From Myxococcales bacterium (GTDB lineage: Bacteria; Myxococcota_A; UBA9042), in assembly GCA_037441385.1 (NCBI GenBank), contig JBBISH010000033.1, positions 1 through 51,405 of the forward strand: a stretch of 51,405 bases of DNA, read 5' to 3'. Under the pieces are notes generated by a model. It was given only the letters and a program-made list of their open reading frames with translations, was not told where the DNA came from and did no database searches. The position numbers and the translations under genes are program-made. Of the stretch, positions 1-10,146 are shown one piece after another (the stretch's first letter is position 1; the number at the start of each line of letters is the position of its first letter).

Positions 1-2
1 CG

Positions 3-1046
3 CCGCCCCAAGCCGCACCACCGCCCTTGGGACCAGCCGCAGCCCCTGCAACCGCAACTGCAGCGCCGGCTCAGGCAGCCAGTGGTGCCGCGCGGGCCGT
101 TCCGCCCCTGCCAGCGGCCGCGGCCAGTGCAGCGAGCGCTTCGGTACGCGCAGTGCCTTCTCCGCCCGTGGCCCCGGCCAGCGCGGCCAGCGGGCCAGCA
201 CGTGCCGTGTCCGCACCGCCCGCAAGCTCGCCCAATGTCGCCGTGCGTCCCGCGGCGGCCGCCACCGGTTCTCAGCCACGCCAGCCGGCGGCCCCGGCCG
301 CACCGCCGCCGATTCCGCAGCGCGATGGCGACTTGCTGGCCCAAACCACGGTGCCCGGCAAGCCCGGAGCCGCCAGCCGCGCGGCCAGCACTTCGCCGCA
401 GTCGCCGCCCCCGCTGCCACCGGCGCCGCTGGTCAGCAGGCCCGGGCCTCCGCCTGTCCCCGAGTTGGACAACCCCACCTTTGAGCTGGCGGTGCTGTCG
501 CCGCCCGAGCTGCCGGCCCCAGCCAGCCCGCCCACCGGGACCGGTGCGGTGCCGACCGAAAGCCTGCCGCCTCCCCTTGCCGAGCGGCCGCCCACTCCAC
601 CGCCGGTGCCACCGAGCACCCCGCCGGGCCGCAAGACTGCGCCGCCCCCGCGCCCGCCGACGCGACCCAGCGCCGAGCGACAAGCCGCGGGCAAGTCCGC
701 GCCGCCGCCGCCCGCGCCGCCCCAACACGAAGACGCGACCTTCCAAATGGACCAGGCCGAGTTGACGCGGCGCCTGGCCGAGCAGCCGTCGGTCCAGCCG
801 CCAGAGGACAGCACCCGCACACAGGCGGCGGCCAGCGAGGGGCTGGACGACACCACTAAACCGCAGACGTCGCGGCAAGAATCTTGGGCCGTGCGCACTC
901 AGCCGGCAGGGCCCAGCGAAGACGAGTTGCCCGACGACGACCGCCCCGCCAGCCGATCGCTGCTCTTGGCAACCGCTGTTGTCTGGGTGGGGGCCGTCAC
1001 CCTCGCGGTCTACGCGACATTGATTACCGTGCGCGGATCGCGCTGA
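3..1046 (+). CDS. 5'-truncated Pro/Ala-rich protein with a single C-terminal transmembrane helix
   Basis: The frame is open from the window edge. Long low-complexity PPPP/AAP tracts are followed by LLLATAVVWVGAVTLAVYATLITV just before the TGA at 1044-1046. Confidence 0.7.
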   Translation, partial: PPQAAPPPLGPAAAPATATAAPAQAASGAARAVPPLPAAAASAASASVRAVPSPPVAPASAASGPARAVSAPPASSPNVAVRPAAAATGSQPRQPAAPAAPPPIPQRDGDLLAQTTVPGKPGAASRAASTSPQSPPPLPPAPLVSRPGPPPVPELDNPTFELAVLSPPELPAPASPPTGTGAVPTESLPPPLAERPPTPPPVPPSTPPGRKTAPPPRPPTRPSAERQAAGKSAPPPPAPPQHEDATFQMDQAELTRRLAEQPSVQPPEDSTRTQAAASEGLDDTTKPQTSRQESWAVRTQPAGPSEDELPDDDRPASRSLLLATAVVWVGAVTLAVYATLITVRGSR

Positions 1047-1229
1047 CGCCCGCTTGTGCACATGGCATGCGTACCAAGCCAGTACGGCTTTCTGGACACA
1101 AACCCTACCTTGTGCCCGCCTGTAGGGCTTCCCCGGTTCGCTCTGCAACCGGCGAGAATCCGGCCAGGACCGACTCGGACTTGAAGGACTGACCGAGATT
1201 TCCAGCCGACCCTAACAAGTCCCGTGCGC

Positions 1230-4200
1230 CTACTTTGGCAGCAAGCCGGTGTACACCGTGGTGCCCAGGGCCCCCTCGTAGGCCAGCGAAAACCGCGCAG
1301 CCCCTGGGGCAATGACCAAGTCCGACAGGCCGCCCGCGCCGGTCAAGGGCAAACCCACGCTGATGGGGGCAAAGTCGCTCAGCAGCACCTGCGACACCTG
1401 AGTGATGAACTTGGAGTCGTTCGCCGCCTTCAGCCGCGCCACCCAGACTTGGGCGCTGCCGGGCATGGCCCACACGGTCAAGAAATCCGTGCTTCCTGGC
1501 AGTTCGGCCAGACGGAATGCTGTGATGGCCGGCGGCTCGCCCGCCACGGGGTCGAACCACTGCGCAACCACGGCGGTCTGGGGCGAGGTGAGCGAAGGTG
1601 CAAAGCGGGTATGTGCCAAGAAACCGCGGACCTTGCCACCCTGATTCGCCGTACCAGACACGGCCACCAGAACGCGGGCCGCGTCGCTATCCCAGACCGC
1701 CTCCGCCGCCAGGAAAGCCACATCGGTGCCAATGACGTCGATGCCCTTGCACACCGCCACCCAGTTCGGTTGGGCACCCGCCGCGCTCACCTGCCCAAAC
1801 TGCAGCTGCGAATAGGGCTGGAAATCAGTACCGTTCTGGGGCGCGACGTGGACCGGCAGCAGCAAGCCCTGGGCGCTACCGATGGTAGTCACCGCCGGCC
1901 GACCAAAGTTGAACTTGGCTGGTGCTGCCGGGGCACTCGCCACCGTCACCGTTGCGCCGGCCCCTACCACGCCGTCGGGGTAGGCACCGGTCGCGTGCCA
2001 CGCCAGCGAACCGCCACTGCGCAGGGCAGTGACCTGGGCACCCACGGTGCTGTTCACGTCGGACTTGGCCACGGCCAGCGCGGCGCGCCCACCGGCGATG
2101 GGCATGCACGCGGTCGGTGCGCCGGGCTGCACGGCTGGACTGCCCAGCACCTGACTGCGGACGACACCTGTCGCGCAGGTCTTGGCGTCTACATCCAGCC
2201 AGGCCAGCAAAGTCCGGGCAAAGCTTGCCGGATGGGGGACCAGCTGCGGCTGCTGACCACACACCCCGGCCACGGCCGGCGTCGCCAACTGAACCTGCGG
2301 CGGCGCTCCGCCGGGCCCCAGCTTGACCACCGCAACCGTGCCCGACCCCGCGGGATTGCTGCACGTCGACGACTGGCCCGCCAACCACAGGCGCGGTGCT
2401 TGGCCCAGCCAGTCCTCGCCCGTGTCTTGCCAACGCAAGGTCGGTGCGACCAAGGCCGACATGCCCGCAGCGGTCAGGTTGAGGGGCACCGGGCCAAACT
2501 TGCCGCCTTGGCCCGTCAAGCATTCGCCGGCCGAGCATTCGTGAAGCGAAGGGCACGAGGTGGCTTTGACGCAGCCCAAGGCCGGGTCGCAAGCGGCCAA
2601 CAGGCACGCGGCGGAATCGCCTGGGCTGCCCGCGCAGTTGACCGGCTGGCCAACGCAAGTTCCGGCCAGGCACGTGTCGCCGCTGGTGCACGCGTTGCCG
2701 TCGTTGCAGCTGGTGCCCGATTGCACCGCATGTTGGCAACCCGCGGTGGCGGAACAGGTGTCGGTCGAGCACGGATTGGCGTCGTCGCAGTTGGCCGCGC
2801 TGCCCGCTTTGCAGACCCCACCGTTGCACGTGTCGCCAGCGGTGCACAGATTGCCGTCGTCGCAGGCACCGCTGCTGGCAGGCGTCCAGGCCGTGGCCGA
2901 AGCGCTGGGCTGGCAGACCTGGCACGGACCCGACGTCGAGAGCTCGCCGCTCGCCCGGCAGACCCCAGCAATCTTGCACCATCCGGCGCCCACGGGGTGA
3001 CTGCAGGCGCCGTCTTGGCAGACGTCTTGCGTGCACGCCAGGCCGTCGTCGCCGCAGGCGGTGCCCGGCGCCGCGGGCGTGTGGCTGCATCCGCCGGGTG
3101 CCACACAAGCGTCGGCCGTGCACGGATTGGCATCCGAGCAGTTGATGCCCGACCCCGCACACTTGCCGGCATTGCACGCGTCGCCGGTGGTGCACGCATT
3201 GCCGTCGTCGCAGGCTCCCGCGATGGGGACCCAGTAGCACGGACTGACCGGGTCGGCGCTGTTGCAGTTGTCGCTCGTGCACGGTTCGTTGTCGCTGCAC
3301 GCCAGCTTGGGGCCAACGCATTTGCCAAGCGAGTTGCAGCTCTCGGCCACGCTACACGGGTTGCCATCGTTGCAGGGCAAGTTGAGGCGCATCGACCACT
3401 GCGTTTGGCTCTGCTTGGGCAGGCAGCCCAGGCAGCTATCCAACGGGCTGATGGCACCGCCGCTCAGGCACGTGCCTTGAATCATGCACATGTCGACCTT
3501 GATGTCGGCGTGGCTGCAAACCCCGCCCACGCACTGGTCCACCGTGCAGGCAATGCCGTCGTCGGGGCAGGCGGTTCCGTTGCCGAACAAGCTGTGCTCG
3601 CAGACGCCGTTGGTCGGATTGCACGTGTCGAGCGAACAGGGGTTGCCGTCGTCGCAGAATTTGGGGCTGCCGCCGCACTTGCCCTGAACGCAAAGATCCC
3701 CCGACGTACAAGCATTGCCGTCGTTACACGGGGTGGAATCCAGGGCTTGCGTCACGCAGCCCACCTCGGCGACGCAGCCGTCCAAGGTGCAGGGATTCTT
3801 GTCGTTGCACACCACTGCCGCGCCTTTGCACCAACCGGCCTCGCAGTGGTCGCCGCTGGTGCACGCGTCGCTGTCGTTGCACGCCGGACCGGTCAAGGGC
3901 TGGGCCTGGCAGCCGCTCGCCACGCAGGTGTTGACCGTGCACGGATTGCCATCGTTGCACTCCGCGTCCGTCAGGCACGGGCAAGCCATTTGGCCGGGCA
4001 GGCATTTGCCGGCATCGCACTGGTCGCCCTTGGTGCACGGGTCGCTATCGTTGCAGGGCAGCCCGTTGGGCTTGTGGCTGCAGCCAAAGGTGGCGTCGCA
4101 CTTGTCGGTGGTGCACGCGTTGCCGTCGTCGCACGTGGCCGGGGGCAGCGGCGTTCCCACGCATTTGCCGTTCTTGCACGCGTCGCCCAGTGTGCACAGG

Positions 4201-5408
4201 CTGTCGTCGTTGCAGGTGACGTCGAGCGGCAAGAACACGCAGCCCACCGCGGGGTCGCACAAGTCCTTGGTGCAGGCCGACTTGTCGTCGCAGACCATGC
4301 CGATGCCGACGCACTGACCCTGCACGCAGTTGGTGGCAAAGGTGCAGGCGTCGCCGTCGTCGCACGGCGCGTCGTTCTTCTGGCTCCATTGGTTGGGCAC
4401 GGCGGGGTCGCAGAACAGGCAAGGGTTCCCGTCCGAGACCTTTTGTGCCGGCACGCACACTCCGCCAATGGTGCAGACGGCGTAGTTCACGCCAATGCAC
4501 GAGCCGCCGCTGCAAAAGTCCAGCGTGCAGGGATCGCCATCGGCCACACAGGGGGGAGCGTCGGGGGCCGACAATGGCTGGTGTCCGCAGCCGATTCCAG
4601 CGAGACAGTTGTCGGCGGTGCAGGGCAACCCATCGTCGCAATCGGGCGGCGGCCCGCCGGTGCACGTACCGGCTTGGCAAGCGTCTTTGGTGGTGCACGG
4701 GTCGGCGTCGTCGCAAGTGCCCTCTACGGGGAGCACCACGCAACCGCTGGCGTGGTCGCACGAAGCGGTACCGCACACGCTGGTTCCCGTGCACTCGAAC
4801 GGCAATCCGATGCAGGCCCCGGCCAAGCTACAGGCGTCGTCGCGGGTGCACGCGTCGCCGTCGTTGCAGGCGGCTTGGGCGGTGACGGCGTGGTTGCAGC
4901 CGGCGTCCGTGCAGCTGTCTACGGTGCACGGGTTCTTGTCGTCGCAGACCGCGGTGGGCACGCAAACGCCGTCTTCGCACACGCCGGCGGTGGTGCACTT
5001 GCCGACGCCGACCATGGTGCACGTGGTGTCGTCCGGCAATCGAGCCATGACGCAGACGCCGCTGGAGCAGCGGCCAAGGGTGCACGCCCCGGCATATTGT
5101 CCGCACTCGTCGTCGATCTTGCACTTGGAGAAGGCGTCGACGCCCGAGCTGAGGTCCGTGGCTGTGTCGCCAAAGGCCGCGTCGGCCTTGGGTACGCACT
5201 GGCCGGCCAAGCACACCCCAGAGAGGCAGTCCGAGTCCGACATGCAGGCGATCGACGGGGCCACCGGCGAGCAGGCGACCGCAAAAACCACAGCTAGCTG
5301 CAGCAGCCACGGCAAGCCGGCCAGCCAGCTAAAGGTCCACGCCAACGCTTTTCGCGCGCTTGAAGGCAAACTCACCGCCGCTGTCGGCAGGCCAAAACCT
5401 GCCGGCAA
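1230..5408 (-). CDS. Giant Cys-rich repeat secreted protein or lipoprotein (CDDGNxCTxDxC repeats, Dictyostelium-repeat-like) with a non-repetitive C-terminal domain; start codon uncertain
   Basis: 1392-aa ORF. The hydrophobic N-region ends in VFAVAC (lipobox-like). Dozens of C[DN]D[GK]N[AP]CTxD repeats precede a Cys-poor C-terminal region of about 430 aa. Confidence 0.85.
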   Translation of the reverse strand: MPAGFGLPTAAVSLPSSARKALAWTFSWLAGLPWLLQLAVVFAVACSPVAPSIACMSDSDCLSGVCLAGQCVPKADAAFGDTATDLSSGVDAFSKCKIDDECGQYAGACTLGRCSSGVCVMARLPDDTTCTMVGVGKCTTAGVCEDGVCVPTAVCDDKNPCTVDSCTDAGCNHAVTAQAACNDGDACTRDDACSLAGACIGLPFECTGTSVCGTASCDHASGCVVLPVEGTCDDADPCTTKDACQAGTCTGGPPPDCDDGLPCTADNCLAGIGCGHQPLSAPDAPPCVADGDPCTLDFCSGGSCIGVNYAVCTIGGVCVPAQKVSDGNPCLFCDPAVPNQWSQKNDAPCDDGDACTFATNCVQGQCVGIGMVCDDKSACTKDLCDPAVGCVFLPLDVTCNDDSLCTLGDACKNGKCVGTPLPPATCDDGNACTTDKCDATFGCSHKPNGLPCNDSDPCTKGDQCDAGKCLPGQMACPCLTDAECNDGNPCTVNTCVASGCQAQPLTGPACNDSDACTSGDHCEAGWCKGAAVVCNDKNPCTLDGCVAEVGCVTQALDSTPCNDGNACTSGDLCVQGKCGGSPKFCDDGNPCSLDTCNPTNGVCEHSLFGNGTACPDDGIACTVDQCVGGVCSHADIKVDMCMIQGTCLSGGAISPLDSCLGCLPKQSQTQWSMRLNLPCNDGNPCSVAESCNSLGKCVGPKLACSDNEPCTSDNCNSADPVSPCYWVPIAGACDDGNACTTGDACNAGKCAGSGINCSDANPCTADACVAPGGCSHTPAAPGTACGDDGLACTQDVCQDGACSHPVGAGWCKIAGVCRASGELSTSGPCQVCQPSASATAWTPASSGACDDGNLCTAGDTCNGGVCKAGSAANCDDANPCSTDTCSATAGCQHAVQSGTSCNDGNACTSGDTCLAGTCVGQPVNCAGSPGDSAACLLAACDPALGCVKATSCPSLHECSAGECLTGQGGKFGPVPLNLTAAGMSALVAPTLRWQDTGEDWLGQAPRLWLAGQSSTCSNPAGSGTVAVVKLGPGGAPPQVQLATPAVAGVCGQQPQLVPHPASFARTLLAWLDVDAKTCATGVVRSQVLGSPAVQPGAPTACMPIAGGRAALAVAKSDVNSTVGAQVTALRSGGSLAWHATGAYPDGVVGAGATVTVASAPAAPAKFNFGRPAVTTIGSAQGLLLPVHVAPQNGTDFQPYSQLQFGQVSAAGAQPNWVAVCKGIDVIGTDVAFLAAEAVWDSDAARVLVAVSGTANQGGKVRGFLAHTRFAPSLTSPQTAVVAQWFDPVAGEPPAITAFRLAELPGSTDFLTVWAMPGSAQVWVARLKAANDSKFITQVSQVLLSDFAPISVGLPLTGAGGLSDLVIAPGAARFSLAYEGALGTTVYTGLLPK

Positions 5409-5450
5409 TCAGTATCCAGAATTGCTGAGCTTGTGTCGAACCTGCCAAGA

Positions 5451-7571
5451 TCAACAAACGCGGCGGCGCAGGCGGACCCACAAGCCCGCGGCGAGCAGCA
5501 AGCCCAGCCAAGCCGGATTGCCCTGCGTGGCCGCGGAACAGCTTCCGCCGGTGGTGGTCGGGGTGCTGGCTGCCGCTTTGCCGGTATCGTTGGTGCCGGT
5601 GTCGCTGGTGCCGTTGTCGAGGGAGCCAGCGTCGGACGTGGTGGCGGCCGAATCGGCGCTGCTTCCATCACTTCCGCTCGTGGCGTCCACGCCTTCGACC
5701 GGCGGCTGCGACGGCGGAACCTTGCCGTCGGCCCAACCCGGTTTGGGCGTGCAATTGAACGCCGGCTTGGGCCAACCGCCCAGTGTGGTGACCAGCGCAT
5801 TGTCGGGCGGAACCGGCCACTGCGAGACGGTCTTGAGCACCAGGTCTTTGGGGAGCGTGGGCTTGCCGGGCAGCGCACCCGCAATCGACTGCGACACCAC
5901 GCCGGCCTGGCTGGGATCGACGGCAATCGGCGCTCCCGTCTCGTCCAGCACTTCGATGCGCAGGGCGGTCGGCGCCGACTTGAAGCGCGGATCGATCGTG
6001 TTGTTGCCCAGTTGACCGCTGCCATTGGGCGGCGAACCTTGGAACACCCAGCTGCCCATGCCATCAATTGTCAGGCGAGTTTGCTGCGCGGGCAGCCAGC
6101 CGTTGCCACAAACCTCTGTAAACGTTGCGGTGTGCACGTTGCTCACGTCGGGCAGCGACGGATTGAAAGCAAACACCGGGTCGCGGTCCATCTCTTCGGG
6201 CGAGATGCGCATCAGCAGCCGCGTGAGCTTGGCCGAGGTCTTGGCGGTGGCGACCACGTCCTGCATCGGCTGGAAGAAGTTCTTGTCCAAGGCCGTGGCC
6301 AACGCCGTGCCGTCTACGGCCAGATCACCCGCTTCCTTTGCCGACATCTGCACATACTGACCAGAGGGCAAGTACGCCGAACAGGACGACCCGTACTTCC
6401 AATTGTCGCCGCAGCTGGCCAGGACCGCCCACGCCTCAGCCGCGCTCAGGCCTTTGGCCTTGCCAAACCCGGCCACGTCCTCGAGATCCCCCATGATCTC
6501 CATGCCCGAGTATTGGTTGTTGGCAGCGACCCAGTTGGCCAAGGTCTGGACGTTCGTCACGGACTTCAGCGTGTTCAGGACATCTGGCGGCACAAACAGC
6601 GGATCGATGATCGCGTTGGGGCTGCCCGAAAACTCCGTTGAAAACGCGTTGCCGCCGGCCTCGTCGATGGCCGACGACACCAACTGCGCGTAGTTGCTCG
6701 CGGCCGTGAACCAGTTGAGCCGCGCCCAATTCGGAAGCACATGCAGGGTGTTCTTGGGCACGGTCCGACCGGGCCCCAGCACCGACACAGACACCGTCAT
6801 CTCGCTGGCCGCGGCAATCGACGTCAGGCGCAACGGCACGCACGGCTCGGCATCCGTCATCTCGAGCGCGACCGGCCGCACCAAGTCCACGCCTTTACCG
6901 TTGCTCAGCTTGATGGCCACGAACACGTCGCCCTTCTTGATGTGCGACTCGAGCACGGGCTTGGCGGCAGCGGGAGTCTTGTAGCCGCGCGAATTCAGCC
7001 AATCGTACAGCGGGTTCGTCGTCGTCGCGGCCACCACCGTGTAGTCATAGGGGCCGGTCTGCCCCTGATCGAGCACCGTGACGCCACCGCCACCGCCGGT
7101 CATGGCATCCTGTGCCGCGGCGTCCGAGTAGCTGAGACCGGCATCCACCCCACCCGGGACAGGCACGTCCTTGCCTTCAACACAGCCATCGCGCGGATCG
7201 CGGCAATTCTCAAAGCCCGCGTTCGTGCTCTTGAAGCGCGGCGCCGTTTGCTGATCCAACCGGTCAAAAACAAAGCGGGTACCCACGCCGACCTTGGGCT
7301 GCTTGGGCAGTGGCAACACCCAGCCAAAATTCTCGGCCGCGCCCGTGTACTTGACCTCGACCCAGACGATGGCCTTCTTGGTGACGGGATCCTGAACGAA
7401 CAGCACCCGTTCCGCGTCTTGCACCACGTACTGCTGATCTTGCTGGCCAGGGGGCGGCGGCGGCGTCATCGAAAAACAGCCACCGCAGGCCAAGGCGGTC
7501 TGGGCCGCCAACAGCGAAACTCCGGTCGAAAGGGCAAGCAGACGGGGGACAAGGGCGCGCTGCGACAGCAT
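5451..7571 (-). CDS. DUF2330-domain secreted protein with a MYXO-CTERM-like C-terminal sorting signal
   Basis: Signal peptide then ACGGCF...AERVLF...YTGAAENFGWVLPLP...LDQQTAPRF, typical of DUF2330. The C-terminus is GGSCSA + hydrophobic helix + RLRRR. ATG at 7571; TTG at 7586 is an alternative start. Confidence 0.8.
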   Translation of the reverse strand: MLSQRALVPRLLALSTGVSLLAAQTALACGGCFSMTPPPPPGQQDQQYVVQDAERVLFVQDPVTKKAIVWVEVKYTGAAENFGWVLPLPKQPKVGVGTRFVFDRLDQQTAPRFKSTNAGFENCRDPRDGCVEGKDVPVPGGVDAGLSYSDAAAQDAMTGGGGGVTVLDQGQTGPYDYTVVAATTTNPLYDWLNSRGYKTPAAAKPVLESHIKKGDVFVAIKLSNGKGVDLVRPVALEMTDAEPCVPLRLTSIAAASEMTVSVSVLGPGRTVPKNTLHVLPNWARLNWFTAASNYAQLVSSAIDEAGGNAFSTEFSGSPNAIIDPLFVPPDVLNTLKSVTNVQTLANWVAANNQYSGMEIMGDLEDVAGFGKAKGLSAAEAWAVLASCGDNWKYGSSCSAYLPSGQYVQMSAKEAGDLAVDGTALATALDKNFFQPMQDVVATAKTSAKLTRLLMRISPEEMDRDPVFAFNPSLPDVSNVHTATFTEVCGNGWLPAQQTRLTIDGMGSWVFQGSPPNGSGQLGNNTIDPRFKSAPTALRIEVLDETGAPIAVDPSQAGVVSQSIAGALPGKPTLPKDLVLKTVSQWPVPPDNALVTTLGGWPKPAFNCTPKPGWADGKVPPSQPPVEGVDATSGSDGSSADSAATTSDAGSLDNGTSDTGTNDTGKAAASTPTTTGGSCSAATQGNPAWLGLLLAAGLWVRLRRRVC

Positions 7572-7601
7572 GATCGACTCCAGCAAAAGGCTGTCGTCAC
7601 C

Positions 7602-8447
7602 TTACTGCCGGCCGAGGACCTCTGCAACCGCGGCCAGCCAAGCCGCCGGCGCCTCCAGGTGCACATTGTGCCCAGCGCCAGGCACCACCCGGATCTGGGC
7701 ACTTGGCAAGGGCCGCAGCCAGCGCGGCGCCAAGGCACTATAGCCCGGATCTTCATGACCTGTGAGTACAAGTGCCGCCATGTCGGCGCGTACCACTTGG
7801 TCGTCGAACTGCGGCATGGTTCCCGTGCCCAGGGTCTGCAGGTGATCGACCAGGCCATCGGCGAGCTGACTCAGGCGAATTTCCCTTTGCGCAACCAGTC
7901 TTGAATCATCCCGAGCCAGACGACCCTGGCTGGCGAATAGCGCGAGGTTCTCCCAATTCGCGACGAATTCGGGCAGCCCGGCCGTCCAGAGCTCACTGGC
8001 ACGGGCGTCGTCTTGCCGCCGCCGGGACGCGCGCTCCGCTGGCGGCAGACCCGGATGCGCCGACTCCAGCACAAGCGCCGCCAAGCCAGTCCGGGCCGGC
8101 AACTGGCCCTGGAGCGCCCACCAGGCGGCGATTCGACCACCGGCCGAGTAGCCCAGCAGGGCAAACGGAACACGCAAGTGGGGAGCCAGGCTGCGATCCA
8201 AGAGCTCGGCCACCGCGCGCCACGGATCGCGCTCGCCGGCAAGACGCACCAGCGCAGACGCGCCGTGTCCCGGCAGATCCACCGCCAGCCAGCGCCGTTC
8301 AGGCACGCTGCCGCCATCGAGCAGGTCGCGCCAAGCCCGGCCGTCGGAAAGGAAACCATGCAAGAGGACCGCGGGCGGGGCATCGACCGGACCGGCCGCC
8401 GCGATCGCCAAGTGCCCCGCAGGCTGCGGCAACCGAGTCCACCGCAT
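7602..8447 (-). CDS. menH: SHCHC synthase (alpha/beta hydrolase)
   Basis: LLHGF, DLPGHG, nucleophile motif GYSAGG, RRRQDDARA and AGHNVHLE. Lies directly downstream of menD. ATG at 8447 chosen to avoid overlap. Confidence 0.85.
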   Translation of the reverse strand: MRWTRLPQPAGHLAIAAAGPVDAPPAVLLHGFLSDGRAWRDLLDGGSVPERRWLAVDLPGHGASALVRLAGERDPWRAVAELLDRSLAPHLRVPFALLGYSAGGRIAAWWALQGQLPARTGLAALVLESAHPGLPPAERASRRRQDDARASELWTAGLPEFVANWENLALFASQGRLARDDSRLVAQREIRLSQLADGLVDHLQTLGTGTMPQFDDQVVRADMAALVLTGHEDPGYSALAPRWLRPLPSAQIRVVPGAGHNVHLEAPAAWLAAVAEVLGRQ

Positions 8448-8472
8448 CAGACGAACCCCAACGGATTCCGCA

Positions 8473-10146
8473 TCATGCCTGTTCCAGGCCGGCAAGAAGC
8501 GCCTGCTGGGCCTGCCGCCGCGCGGCAAGCGACGCATGGCGGTCCACGGTCAAGATGGCCACCCGCGGACCAAGGTCGCTCTGCGCCAGCCACGTCACGG
8601 CTTGCTCCGGGTCGTCCCATCGCCGCGTCGGGACGCCAAAACCCTGAGCAATAGCCGCCAGATTCATACCGTGGGGCGCATAGAACAGCCGATCGTGGAC
8701 TGCCGCAGGCAAAGCTTGGGCCGCCGGCAGCAGGTCAAAGATGGTGCCACCACCGTTGTCGACCACCGCGATGCGCAGGTCCGCTTGCTGCTGGGCCACG
8801 AACTGCAGCGCACCGCAGTCGTGCAAGAACGCGCCGTCGCCACACCAGAGCCACGTGCGCGGGCCGGCCAGCGCGGTACCCAAGGCGGCCGCAAGGGTGC
8901 CGTCGATCCCGTTTGCACCGCGCGCGACGTGCACCGTGACCCCTGGCGGCACCTGCGGGCAAAAGGCGTCGGCGTCGCGAATCGCCATGGAATTGGCCAG
9001 GATCAAGCGCTCGCCTGGGACCAAGGCGGCAGACAGCGCCCGCACCAACTGCCGCTCGGGCGGAGCCGACAGCTGCGCCTCGCTCCCACCGACCCGACGA
9101 TCCAGCTCGCGGAATTGCTCTTTCCATGTGCTCACTTCTGTCTTGGGCGGCCGACCCCAATCGCGCAAGGCAAGCAGCGGCGACAGGGGCGTGGCCAAGC
9201 GGTTGCAGCCCAAGGGATCCGACTTGCGCCCCGGCTCCACGACCTCGAATGGAACGCCGGCGGCGGCTGCATCGTCCAGCAGCAACTGCAACCCCTTGGA
9301 CGCCGGCCACTCTCCCAACCGCACCAGCCGATCGGGCAGGGCACGCCGGCGCCAATTGGGGTCGCGCAGCCACAGGTCAAACCAGCGCAGTTGGCCCGTC
9401 GCCAGGTGACTCGGCCACTCGGCCAGCAGCAGGGCGGACTGTTCAAGTTGCTGTAGCAACAATGGATCTTGGGGTGGCAGCGGTCCAGCCACCACCAGTA
9501 CACGCTCGCCCAGCCCAGGCGGCGCGATCACCGGCCCGGCCGGCAGCACCGAAGCGGGCATGGCGACCGCCTGACGCGGCCACACCGGCCCAGGCGCCAA
9601 CGCCAGCGGTAGGTCCAACCCGACATTCACATGCAAGGGGCACGGGGCACGCGGCAGGTCGGCCACATGCTCGCGAATTTTCGCCGCGACGGCCGCAAAC
9701 TGGCTGGGCGCGTCGGTCGCACACGCCTCTAGATGCACCACTTGGGCGTAGCTCGCCAGTAGTTCTACCTGACGAACGGTCTGCGGCGCCCCCACACCCT
9801 GCAGCCGCAAAGGCCGGTCGCCACTGAGGAGTAGCAACGGGATCCCGCTCTCGCCGGCTTCGACCACAGCAGGCAGCCAGTTGGCCACCGCGCTGCCCGA
9901 AGTGCACACCAGCAGCGGACGGCGCCCCGTGCGCGCCAGTCCCAGGGCCACAAAGGCCGCGCTGCGCTCGTCGAGCACGACCGTCAGGCGCCAGTCGCCG
10001 CACGCCTCGCGCTCGGCCACCGCTTGCGCCAAGGGCGTGGACCGTGAACCCGGCGAAAGCACAACGTGATCAACGCCAAGGTTGGCCAGCAAGTGAACCA
10101 GCGCGCGCACGACCTGCGACTGCGCTGGCGCCGCAGCAGTCGTCAC
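8473..10146 (-). CDS. menD: SEPHCHC synthase (ThDP-dependent)
   Basis: SPGSRSTPL, DERSAAFVALG, CTSGSAVAN, RGANGIDG and GDGAFLHD...NGGGTIF. The GTG start at 10146 overlaps the menF stop (GTGA). Confidence 0.93.
   Translation of the reverse strand: MTTAAAPAQSQVVRALVHLLANLGVDHVVLSPGSRSTPLAQAVAEREACGDWRLTVVLDERSAAFVALGLARTGRRPLLVCTSGSAVANWLPAVVEAGESGIPLLLLSGDRPLRLQGVGAPQTVRQVELLASYAQVVHLEACATDAPSQFAAVAAKIREHVADLPRAPCPLHVNVGLDLPLALAPGPVWPRQAVAMPASVLPAGPVIAPPGLGERVLVVAGPLPPQDPLLLQQLEQSALLLAEWPSHLATGQLRWFDLWLRDPNWRRRALPDRLVRLGEWPASKGLQLLLDDAAAAGVPFEVVEPGRKSDPLGCNRLATPLSPLLALRDWGRPPKTEVSTWKEQFRELDRRVGGSEAQLSAPPERQLVRALSAALVPGERLILANSMAIRDADAFCPQVPPGVTVHVARGANGIDGTLAAALGTALAGPRTWLWCGDGAFLHDCGALQFVAQQQADLRIAVVDNGGGTIFDLLPAAQALPAAVHDRLFYAPHGMNLAAIAQGFGVPTRRWDDPEQAVTWLAQSDLGPRVAILTVDRHASLAARRQAQQALLAGLEQA

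Noticed and set aside
1224..5297. 1357-aa plus-strand ORF
   Set aside because: Antisense shadow of the Cys-rich gene. High-GC codon bias keeps the opposite frame open, and it has no recognisable motifs.
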